A stretch of 36,572 bases of DNA. Source: Intoshia linei (lineage: Eukaryota; Animalia; Orthonectida). Where the stretch lies: NCBI GenBank assembly GCA_001642005.1, contig LWCA01000254.1, positions 1 to 36,572 on the forward strand. The letters run 5' to 3'. The position numbers and the translations under genes are program-made. The first letter of the stretch is position 1; each line of letters begins with the position of its first letter. Under the pieces are notes generated by a model that was not told the origin of the DNA, searched no databases, and worked only from the letters and a program-made list of their open reading frames with translations. Shown in pieces: positions 1 through 11,530 of the stretch.

Positions 1-1289
1 AAGATCTCTTGCATTGATGGATAACGTTGTCCCGACATGCAAAAACTTCAAAAAAAATAGAGTTTTGACTAAATTTAATAATTATGTATAAAAAATTCAT
101 TGTTAATTAATTAAAATTTAACGATTTAAATTTTATTCTACATTCAAAACTATTAATTGAACCTTATTTGGCTTTCCTAGAATTTATTTGATTATATAAG
201 TAAGTAATATTCTTAATATTCATATTTAAATAATTTGATATTCTGTGCCCTTGAACATTCTTATAAACTTTTTGAATTTTGTTAAGATTTTAGATTTTAT
301 GTCTGCTAATCAAAACGAAAACTTTTGGATCTTGTCCTATCAGAAATTCATAAATATTGAAATTATGTCCACCCTAATGTACATAGAATATATAATTTAT
401 TTTATAATGTTTCAATATAACATATATTGTAAATGTGTGTAATTAATAATTAAAATGTTATAATAAAACAATCAATGAACATTAACATGGAACTATATTT
501 TAAATTTGGTGCGGCATCAATTTTACTATACTGAAATATATTAAAAAAAAATTCCATTTATGTTTTTATAATAGCCCTTAGCTGAAAATCGCCCCTCAAG
601 GGGGCGATATCGCCCTTTTTAGGAACTCATGTTCTAAATGAATTGGATAAGTTAGAACCATTGTTGTGTAGTGGTCGAACCTTCGAAGCCCACTATTGAC
701 TATCCACGGCTCTGAATGTCACAAAGCTTTTATAACGCTTTGATAAAAAGATCAACGTTTGGGTAGCTATTATATAGAATTATGAAAGAGGTAACAAACA
801 TGTTATCCTTATAACTCCATATAAGAATATGATTTAGATATTTAGATTGCATCAAAAATGATAAATAGTAATCTACTTGAATATGCAGCGGTAGACGTCT
901 TTTTCAAATGCTCTGTGTGTAAATTGTGTGTAGATGTAAATGATTGCATGGAAGGTCTTAATGTTTATGCATCTCAATCCCAAAAGTTTTTGGATAGTCG
1001 AGAATTCAAATTTATAGACGTAAATAAAAAATTTCATTTATTTAATTTAATAGGACTTGGCAAACAGTTTAAAAGAAAAAAATTACGAAGAATTCGACCA
1101 AATTATTACAAATTATAATAAACTTTCTAGACTAGAACCAACAATTAAAAACATGCTTAATCGCATCAAAGAGAACATGAATCTGGAAGACATTTGTTAA
1201 TTAACCCAATTAAATAAATTTATTCATTCACAAATAGTTTGACACTACGGTTTTTAATCTAAATAAATAAACAATTTAATATGATTTAA

Positions 1290-4200
1290 ATGCGTGAACC
1301 GGAAAAAATAAATAAGGTGACATTATTTGACGTGGTCCTTACAGTATGTTCATTAATTTCATTTTTGGCTGATATAATTTCAGGTAAAAGATCAATTTAT
1401 TGATATAATTATTTAGATTTGGTATTGGCCATTTACTATTATTATCTGAATCACAAAATATGGTTCACTTTGACATTAATCTTCATAATTGTGCCGGCTA
1501 TCTTTATGCAGATTTTTAGCTATATTTGGTATAAACACGACAAATCATATGTCAAACTAGAAAATATGGATAGTTCAGTGAGTTTAACTTATAGAATCAA
1601 ACACAATTGGATTTATTTGATAAGTCACATTTTGCTACTTCAACCGATAGAAAGGTAATATATAATAAGGTCAGCAACCTATTCTAGTGAGTGGACTGAA
1701 TCGATAATTTAATGACGTCGACACTTAAAAAGGTTATCTACCTAATGTGCTTATTCGTATATCTTTTTACACAAACACCATACCTTTGAGTACTGAGACA
1801 TACTTAATTTAATTAATTTTTAAGAATACCGTAAATTTATAATTTTTTTCTAAAAGGTTATGCTTTATAATTTCTTTTTTTATGTTTTGACCTGTTAAAA
1901 TATTATCCAATAAATAGAGTGAATTATGACAAATAACCACTTTTTTCTTGAATATTAATAATCCTCTTATTTGGGTACCTGAATCGGTCACAGCAAATTA
2001 TTAATTTTTTTAGTTCCTCTATCTCTACTTTTTATTCAATTTTTGATTAATACACTGTTATTTAATACGTTTTATTTTATCTGACATCGAGTCTTCTGAT
2101 CTGTAAACAGTGTAATTATTTTTTTATTCTGATTAGCATGTCCTTTATTTTGAATAATTTTCAAATGGTAATACGTATTAGATCAGTGGTTGCCAATTGG
2201 GGTCTGTGAAATTAAAATAAAATATAGAAAAATTTTATCAACTTTTATTTATTTTTAATATTTATTATATAGTTGCCAGATGTTGGTAATTTAGCCCAAA
2301 ATCCAGACGACCGCTACATTATTATTTCAAAAATTCCCCTTTAATCCCATCATTTGAAACTTCAGGAAAAATCAACTTTTACCGATATTTTTTTGAAAAA
2401 TCCGATTTTACCAAATTTTATGAGAAAAGTCTACCCAAAAAAAATAACACTACAAAATAAAAATACAAATTTAAATGCTTAAAGGATATATCCTCTTGTT
2501 CCAATATTTTTTTTAAAAACACGATTTTACCAAATTTTAAGAGAAAAAACCTTTAAAATTTTTATAAATGTTTTATATTTCAGGTATTAGATGTATATGA
2601 ATTAAAAAGAGGTTGTTGTTTGCATCAAACATTCTCAATCCTTTTTCTCTGTGGACCCCTAAGATGATATTACAAAAAACCTGTGGACCCTCAAAAAAAT
2701 TAATAATAATTACAATTTTTAATGAATCATTACATTTGTGTGAAACGAATGATGGCCAAATGTTAAGGAGTAATCTAGTTTTTCGAGATGATAAAGTTGA
2801 TGAACTATCAATATTAAACAAATTTTTAAATTTTAATTCTAACATTATTATTCAATTTTACAATATATGCAGATAAGCAATCCTGTGAAGAAATTATGTC
2901 GATCCTAATCAATTTTAGTTTATTTGAATTAAATTTTTTCTAAAAATCACTAACATAAAGTTACTTTTTCATAGTTAACGTCATATTTTAAAATCGTAGT
3001 CTTTTTTTATAACTAAAGTCAGTTTTATTTGTTTACTTCTTTGAATAAACGACTTGATTATTTGAAAATATGACGTTAGTTAAGAAAAAATGACTATATA
3101 CTGAAAATATCTATAATATGTAATAAATGTGTATAATTTTTATGGACCCAAAAAAGTTCTGTGGACCCCGTTGAGAATGGCTGGTTTACATCAATAAAAA
3201 TTGTAGTTTTTATCAATTTATATCAGGGATGCCCAACCTGTCGATCGAAGTTGATTTTTTAGTCGATAGCATCAAAAAAAGGTTGGGCACCCCTGATATA
3301 CATTAATTACTAAATGAAAAACGTGTCTAGCCGTAGATTGCCAATCCTGATATAAATATAATAACTAGATATTTAAAGTCGATAAAGACATGTATAAAAG
3401 CCTATAAACAAGACGATCCAATTTTATGTAAAATATTCTTTCACCAATACAATGACATCTGTTTACTACGAATATTTGAAGCATTTCTTGAATCAAGTCC
3501 CCAAACCATTCTACAATTTTATATTATATTTTCTTCAGATTCAAACACATATTTAGCTTGTAAGTCGATTGTTTTAATTAATAATGTCTAGTTGTATCAA
3601 TTGTTGTATCTCTACTATCCATTGCCATTTCTGTGGCCGCATATCATCATTCGCTACGACAAAACTACGATTCAATGTACAGTACCCGTATACCATCTTT
3701 AATTTTCCACACGTTATGGCATTTCTGTATGGTTGGCTCACGAATCATCATGTATTCTATATTTGCAGTCAATTTTAGAAATTGGGTTTTTCTGTTAATA
3801 GGTAATAAAGTGTTTACACATATAATTTGTAAAATAGGAATTCGTTGGTTAGTCATGCAGATTTGGATTTTTATTGAAAAAACAGATTTTGGAAAGAGTT
3901 TGGCTGAAAAAGTATTGTTTGATTTCTGTGTATCGTGCATTTACGTATTCACATTTTTCAACGTTAGTGATGGTCCAACAAGATACAGGCTAACATTGTT
4001 TTATTTTATTGTTCTAATCGAAAACGTATTAGTTTGCATTGCCTTAACTTACTTTTATTACACTGATGTAATGCTAATTTATTGGACATACATTGTTTTT
4101 ATCTTTGCTTTGTATCTTATAGGTATTACTACTGTCAATATTATATTAAATTTTTAATTTAGGAATAGCGTTTATGCTTACTTATTATCATTGTTTTCAT

Positions 4201-4290
4201 CCAAAGAGTCAATCAGGATGCAATCCTAACTCACTAAAACATTCCGTTTTAAATTCAACCACGAAAGATATTGAAAGCATTGAATTGTAA
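1290..4290 (+). CDS. XK-related (XKR4/6-like) multi-pass membrane protein, phospholipid scramblase family; exons approx. 1290-1383, 1417-1654, 3369-3559, 3592-3801, 3838-4122, 4163-4290
   Basis: The spliced translation gives MREPEKINKVTLFDVV...FLADIISDLVLAIYYY, the XK signature LLRIFEAFLESSPQTILQ, GPTRYRLTLFYFIVLIEN and C-terminal MLTYYHCFHP. All introns are GT-AG and the frame is consistent. Confidence 0.9.
1666..3349. mobile_element. Cluster or nest of degenerate hAT-like MITEs filling XK intron 2
   Basis: TIR-like ends at ~1667 (aaggtcagcaaccta) and ~3334-3349 (tagattgccaatcctg), at 2183 (cagtggttgccaa), and at 2626 (caaacattctcaa) and ~3170-3183 (gttgagaatggctg). A tggaccc subterminal motif recurs. 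Confidence 0.5.
3224..3295. mobile_element. 72-bp hAT (Buster/Charlie-like) MITE
   Basis: TIRs cagggatgcccaacct / aggttgggcacccctg (15/16 match). Flanks atttatat / atatacat resemble a decayed 8-bp nnnTAnnn TSD. Confidence 0.75.
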
Positions 4291-4310
4291 CATTTACTAG
4301 ATAAAGCTTA

Positions 4311-7154
4311 TTACACAGTGGGCAACTTGGTTTCGTTGTCCAGTGGTACCATTTTAATTTTATTTTGTTGGATTTCTCCAAGTGGTTTCGTTTTTTCGTT
4401 TTTAGGTAATTTAGTGTTTATTTTGTAAAATAAATATCCAATGACATTTTCCTTTTGTTCCCACGTTAAATCTGATATTCTAACTCCATCTTTAAGAATA
4501 CTCCTAAATTGTTAAAAGTATTGATATATTTAAAAAATCGGACCTAAAGATGTAATTTCGGATATTTACTATATAATTAATTTATATATGCACAACATTT
4601 TACTTACATTTCAAAAAAATCTTTGCTTCTGTTATAAATTGTAGAAATTGATTAAAAAAAATTACATGTTTTGCGCGCATTTTAGATCAGAATAAACTGA
4701 ATTTGTACTACACTTGTTATTTGTAAAGGTCCGAATTTGAGGATAAGTATTTTTGTTTCTATTGGCTTGAGACATTCTGAAATGAAAAGCTTTTTTTGCC
4801 TTTATTTTGTAATCAGCCCTATAAAATGTAAACAAAAAAAATTTAAAAAGTTTACTGGTTTAATTTAATTTCACTTCTAATGTGATTTAGGGCGTCATTA
4901 AAAAATATTTCCAAATCGCTACGTTGTTGCAATATCATTCTAGCCAATTTTCGAGTGTATGCCAATTTTTCTGTGGTTTTGTCGATTTTGTATATATAAT
5001 CAGACATTTGCGCTTGCAATTTGCTTTCAGATGTTTCTTTGGATTTTGCAAGAGTTTTGATTCGGTCATTAAACATATTTACCGTTTTTGATAATGCACC
5101 CTCTAGCAGTTCAACTTTTTTGTCATTCTAAATTTAAATGTATTTTAAGAAAAGGTTGAACAACATCATCTTGTAACATAGAAAGTCTCAAACATTCTTG
5201 TGTCTTTTGTTTAATAATTTTTGCATTTATTTTGCAGTTTGATTTCATAATTTTGTTTTCCTTTTCAATTCTGATTACATTACTGTTTAAATCTTGGGTA
5301 GACCTAACATGTTCCGCCAGTTCTTTATTTAATCTAACGTTTTCGGTGAAAACAGATTTTGTTGTTTTATTCAAATTACTAAAATTATAAAATTAGATAT
5401 TAAAAATAAAAATTATTTTTCGCCGGGTGTGCGTAGATTTCTGGGTTTAAAATTTTGTATTTATATTAACTGGAATAAGATGTATCAAAATATTTATTTT
5501 TTTTGAGTGTACGACCATTAATTAGTTCAAATTTTTAGTTTTAATAAAATAGTTTCGAAATAAAAAATAAATAAATGAATATTAAAATTCTTTTTGGACC
5601 ATGAAGGCGTCACTTAAATTGATTGAAAATTTTTGTGTGTGTTAATTAAATATAATTGTATTATCTGTAATTTTTTTTAAATTCTAGGGCTGTTTTCATT
5701 TTAAAAAAAGGGTAATCTGGGTTCTTGACCGTGAAATTTTTGAGGTTATCATTTATGATAATGTTTATGAATTTAAAAACCGTATCAGCGTATATATTTT
5801 TTAAATTCTCCAACTTGTTTGATTTTCAAAAAAAAGGAAAATTGGGGTTTTTGACCCGTAAGATGTGAGTTTGGGAGGTTGAAATTAAGTTTGCGAACAC
5901 CCCCGGAAAAAACTGTAATTGAAATAAGGACTTTATATAATTCTAAGATGGGTAGTTATTTAAATAAATCTGAACTCACACATACAAACAAAAATCGCGT
6001 AGCATATTATATAAGTAAGGATAAAGTAAATAATATAATTATATAAATTATTATTATTATTAGTATATTTTATTTGTAAGGATTATTAAATTTTTTAATA
6101 TTTACGCCACAGCTTCTTTATGAGCTGTTTCAGTCAATTCAGAGATTTTTCTATTAGATTCTTGTTCCAATTTCATCTGAATTAGAAAATATATATTTGA
6201 CAAAAATAAACACTTTACCTTTTCATCAAAATATTTCTGTTCCAATTTGGCAATATTTGATGAATATTGTGATTTATTTTCATGGAGTTGAGTACGTATC
6301 TAAATTACTTTTGAATTTTGAATCAGCGAAACTACTTTATCTAGAGAATCTTGCAAATAAGCCCGCTTGCTTCGAAATTCCTTGACTGATTTCAATTCTC
6401 TTTTCATAATATTTATTTCTTCGCTCATTTCTGAAATTATTCGTTTAAATTCTTTTGTATTTGATTCATTGTCTTTGGACTAGAAATTACGACAATTAAA
6501 TATTTTTCAAAAAAATTACAATTTGTTGCAATTCCTCATCATGCTTAACACGAATGTCTTTAATTGTACTATTCAGAGATGTAATCTATATCTTAATTAA
6601 ATGCAAAGATAATCAAACCTCATTGTCTTTTAATGTTTCTTTTTTCTTAAGGTATGTTATCACTTCTATTGTATCACGCTCGGATTGTTTGACTATGCCA
6701 CACATGTGATCTTTTTCGTTTAATGCATCATGTGCCTTTTTCCTAATAAAAATAAATAAATGAGTCAATATATATTCATTTCAGAGAAATTCATCAAATA
6801 TTTGTTTTGAATCAAATTTCACTTGTACTGATGTCAAATTTGGTAATTTCTGTTAAAAATCATGCCCAAATATGTAACATTGGCTAATTTATCTCATACG
6901 CAACTTGTACATAATTGTATATTATAATATTTTTATTTTTAATGAAAAATTATCAATTAATCACATGTATTCTTTTTTGTATGAATTTGAAGCTTCCAGG
7001 CGCATCTCCCAAATCCTAGAGTTGGCTTCGGCCATATTTTTCACACTAATTTCCTTAACGACATCTCCTCCTTTTCTATGTGCAATTGAAATATTATATA
7101 TATATAATTGTACCCCTTGCCCTTTTTCTTGCCTTTCTTTTTCTTTTTAGCCAT
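4311..7154 (-). CDS. BBOF1: Basal body orientation factor 1 (CCDC176), multi-exon coiled-coil ciliary protein
   Basis: Lys-rich start MAKKKKKGKKKGK, then AEANSRIWEMRLE, ERDTIEVITYLKK, SVFTENVRLNKEL, LARMILQQRSDLEIFF, and C-terminal ISDLTWEQKENVIGYLFYKIN, all resembling BBOF1. Stop TAA at 4311-4313. Confidence 0.88.
5400..6021 (-). mobile_element. Non-autonomous Helitron-like repeat, copy A (in a BBOF1 intron)
   Basis: Homologous to copies at ~10870-11314, 24108-24517 and 35169-35860. Shared terminus A^TCCTTACTTATAT (5' TC after A) followed by a (TG)/(TTTG) tract. No TIR or TSD seen. Confidence 0.7.
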
Positions 7155-7329
7155 TCGTTTACATTAACTAAGCAACATATAAACGTAAATAATGCGAAAA
7201 TATGCGTTTATATATGGTTATTATACGTGAGATTAACGAGTGATCTACATTGTATATTTGTTATTAGTTACATACGAGAAGTTTAATAAAGTATAAAATA
7301 TAAATATTACGTTCAATTTTCTTATCGTT
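7155..7329. promoter_or_regulatory. Probable bidirectional promoter between head-to-head BBOF1 and TBC1D15-like genes
   Basis: Only 175 nt separate the two divergent ATGs. Confidence 0.6.
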
Positions 7330-9840
7330 ATGAAAAATGATTTTTTAAAGGTGAAGACTGAATCATGTATATAATTGAATTTAGACTATACTTACCGACG
7401 ACAACGTGTACGTCAAATGCATCAATCAAAAAAACCATTCTGTAATGACTGTGCCAGGGAGTTTATCTTTTTTAAAGGTAAATGATGTATTGTGCATAAT
7501 ATTTTACAATTTCAGTATGGAAGTAGATACAATATTGTATGGATATCGGAAAAGAACTTTAATAAACTTAAAGCAAAAGGTTCTGATCCAGTCAGCGCGG
7601 TTTTAGGTATTTTTATGAATAATAATCTAAATCAAAGTACCATTAAAATGCTTGTTTTTAGCTGAGCATTTAAAATTGACTTCTGTTGAAGCAACAGCTA
7701 TTCAAACCAACCCTGAAAATTTCAATAAGGACACATTTAATCAAATTATGGACATGTTTATTATTGATACCGATCTCATTGATTCGTATAGAATCAAAAA
7801 CGTTAGTATCATATTTTCTCTTCGTCCAGTGACAACATTTCCCTCTATATTTTTCAGCAGGTTGATTCAACTGCGAAATTTCATTGATGCCATGAAATCA
7901 AATTTCTCTATTGCACCATCAATGTGTAATAAAAATGTTTTCCAATTGAAATCTAAAGATGACTGTGAAATAATCAGTGCTTTCAACACCCTCAACCTTT
8001 TTGACGACGACAAAGAAATTGGAGTTGTTCAAAAATTTGTTAAAAATCCCAAAAAAACCGTATTAAATGAAATGTCTAAAATTACAGGATACATGTCATT
8101 TACCACTTCGGAGCGTAGCTCCAGTGCTCGAGAACCTAGCGAATACGCTTTTTACAGTCTTGATGCAGAAAATCTAGCAGATCAGGGAAACATTTGTTAT
8201 TATAATAACAGTGAAGACGATTACGATCATGTTTATCAAATACCTGAAAGAAAATGTTTACACCGAGAAAATTTTCTCAATACCGCTGTCTGGGAACAGT
8301 CTATGGAATCAAATGGATCGATAAACAATGACAACAAAAATAAAATCCTTGAAATAATTTTCAGAGGAGGTGTTCAACCGGAAATACGAAACGAAGTATG
8401 GAGTGTAATTATTATTTATTATTAAATTTTTATGTTACAATTAGTTTATACTGGGCATTTACGACTGGAATTCTACGTTTGACGAAAGACAACACATTAG
8501 AGCTAAAAATTCAGAATATTTTTTTAAGGCGCGACAGCAATGGAAAAGTATGGATCAAGAACAAATGAAAAGAAATTCATCTTTGCAAGCAGCCCATGAT
8601 TGTATTGTAAAAGATGTTAGAAGGTGTACAAATTTCCATATTTCTTAATTATAATAATTTAGAACAGATCGAGAATTACCTGAATTTGAGCAAGATGAAT
8701 CTCAATGTTTGAAAGATTTGTTTGATATTCTAATGACTCATACTATGGATAATTTTGATTTGGGTTATGTTCAAGGAATGAATGATATATGTGCTCCTTT
8801 ATTTAGAATAACCAATAATATTACAGATATTTATTGGCTATTTAAGAAAATTATGATCATTTTGGTAAGATTATTCATGTCAACTATATATTAGAACCTT
8901 CAAAGTATTTTTTTATAATGATTAATGATATATATTAAAGTTTACAATGTACATTGTACATTGAATAGAAATGAACTTACTATTTTGACTTGATTATAAT
9001 TTTATTTGATAATCAGAGGTTGCTTGTAATTATACTTTTTCTAAAAAATATTCTAAAGGAACCCAATTTTGTCAATATGAAGGAAAACATTGTAATACAG
9101 ATAAACAACGTCAACAAATTGCTTAGATTTATCGACTTAAAACTCTTTACAGCTTTAGGTAATTGTAAAATATTTTTATTTATGGTCTAAACCGGCGGAA
9201 CGATAATAAAGTATAAAATTTATTGCAGACTATTAATTTAATAATTACTGTGAAATTAATAGGTAACATTGAAAAAAATTTGATAAAAAACGTAACAAAT
9301 TGACTCCTAATTAGTAAAAATTTTGGGGAATTTGAGAAACTCTGGTCTAAACATTATATATTTCAAGCAAAGAAACAACTTTATAATAAAACTTTTTAAT
9401 AATAAATATTTTTCACTGGATCATGTATTAATATATAATTTAGACGCAATGTCTGAAAAGAACCATTTTTACTATTTCCAATGGATCCTACTTTTATTCA
9501 AACGTAGCTTTCCCATAAAACAAATCTATAATTTATGGGAAGTTTACTTTACCAACAAGCCTTGTAAAAATTACAACATAATAATGATTGTCGCTTTAAT
9601 GATTCACAACAGAAATAAAATTGTAGAAAAAAAGATGAAATTTTACGAATTATACAAGGTTTATATTAAGATTTTTATTTTAATTAATTTTAGTTGATTA
9701 AAACTTTTACTAAAGACATTTCAACATCGCAGTTATTAAGTTCATCAGAAGAAGTGTTTTTACAGATTGCAGGATGTCGAGATCTACCTAACAGCATTGA
9801 ACAAATGTTTTTTTCAGATTATAATGTTAATAAAATTTAA
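7330..9840 (+). CDS. TBC-domain Rab GTPase-activating protein, TBC1D15/TBC1D17-like
   Basis: IIFRGGVQPEIRNEVW, the arginine finger IVKDVRR/TDR (split by an intron), the glutamine finger DLGYVQGMNDI, and FQWILLLFKRSF...LWEV. About 10 exons with GT-AG introns. Confidence 0.88.
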
Positions 9841-10869
9841 AAATTACAACGTACCTATTTAATGTGTAATAAATCAGTAATATGGTCACTTTAGCCTTTA
9901 ACCAGAAGCAAATATTTTTTTAACAAATGATTTACAAAACTGAGAAGCTACGAAAGGTAACAGCAGATATAATCATAATCAATTAACAAAAATAGCATTG
10001 AACTTAAATTAATCTACAATATTAAAGTTACGTTTCTCATGAATATATAACACCGGACAACATTTTTACAGTTTTAAAAAAATTTATGCTAGGTTTTATT
10101 TTGAAGTGATAGACCGAATTGCAAAATGTATATTCTGAAAGATAGAGGGAAATTTGTATTATAGTTACTGTAATAATATCATTAATATTATTTTATGTAA
10201 AGGATTATTGCATATTTTATATCATTAAGTGTACTATTTTGAGTAACTAATATTTTTTAAATACATAATTAAAAATGGTGAATCTAATAAAACTAAAAAT
10301 TTCAATTATGAAATTATCTTTAAAAAAATCATAAGTTTTTTAAAGAATTTCTGGAATATTTTTTTACAATCTACACGAGAAGACACAAATATAATCTTAT
10401 GACACAAAATTAGAAATCTATCATAAATAATAATCATAATGCATGTTATACATTTTTTTAACTTTAACACGAAATGGTTCACATTTGATAGAGTAAGATT
10501 TTTTGATTTTATTAGACGTAAGTCACAAATTAGACAATAATTATTTGATTTTATACAATAATGATCATTCATTTAAAAGTGAATAGACTTTATATATTAG
10601 TTTAGTTGTATGTAACTACATAAATAACAGTTATTAATATTAATATTTAAATATTAATTAATTCTTTAACTACGAAATACATTTTTAAAATTTTTTCAGA
10701 AATGTAAAAATTATAATTCATAGTCCATATTATATTATTTTTAAACAGAAATTTTTTTCAGTGTTGTTTAGTGTAATAGTACCATCTAAGTCCTTATTAA
10801 TATGGAATTTCCACCATAGCAGCACTTGTTTTTAGCTCTATCAGAATAATTCTTTTTTTTTTAATTTTC

Positions 10870-11314
10870 GGATTGTTAATTATTTCATAATTTTTGTTTT
10901 AATAAAATATTTCGAAAAAAAATATATAAATACCAAAATGCTTTTATGACCGTGAAGTCGTCATTTATTCTGACTGAAATTTTTTGTGTGTGTTAACAGG
11001 ATACAACTGTATCACCTGTAATTTTTTTGAAATTTTAGGGCTGTTTTCATTAATAAAAAAAAAAGAGTAATTTGGGGTTTTGGCCCTGAAAATATAATTT
11101 TTTTAAATTAACATATATGATAATGTTAAAAAAAAGTACAATTGGGGTTTTTGACCCGACAGATGTGAGTTTGGGAGGTTGAAATCAAGTTTGCGAATAT
11201 CCCCAGAAAAAACTGTAATTGAAATGTGGACTTTATAAAATTCTAAGACGGGTAGTTATTTAAATAAAGCTAAACACACACACAAACAAAAATTGCGTAG
11301 CATATATGTTAGGA
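10870..11314 (-). mobile_element. Helitron-like repeat, copy B (intergenic)
   Basis: Near-identical blocks with copy A, e.g. agatgtgagtttgggaggttgaaat...ttctaagacgggtagttatttaaataaa...gcgtagcatat. Confidence 0.7.
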
Positions 11315-11530
11315 TATACCAGGGGTTTTCAACCTTTTTTAGAATCGCGAATCTCGATTCGAGATTAGTACTAATCTATAGTACTATAGTACGATAGTGA
11401 GATATCTCTATATATAATATTATTGATTAATAATAAATAAATTATTAATATACATTATTATATGTATATTATTATTGTTATTAAATATTTCTTGTAGATT
11501 TAAAAAGAACTGTACTTTTTTAATTTAAAT

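Noticed and set aside
650-1200. ORF 858-1118 and surrounding sequence that looks weakly coding
   Set aside because: I found no recognisable motif or consistent splice model. It may be a decayed transposon fragment, but this cannot be supported without a search.
7163-7176. X-box-like ATTAACTAAGCAAC just upstream of BBOF1
   Set aside because: Only one half-site (GCAAC) fits the RFX consensus, which is too weak in AT-rich DNA.
9927-11497. Possible upstream exon giving CARS2 a mitochondrial presequence
   Set aside because: The acceptor at 11497 is followed by an in-frame TAA before the ATG at 11531.
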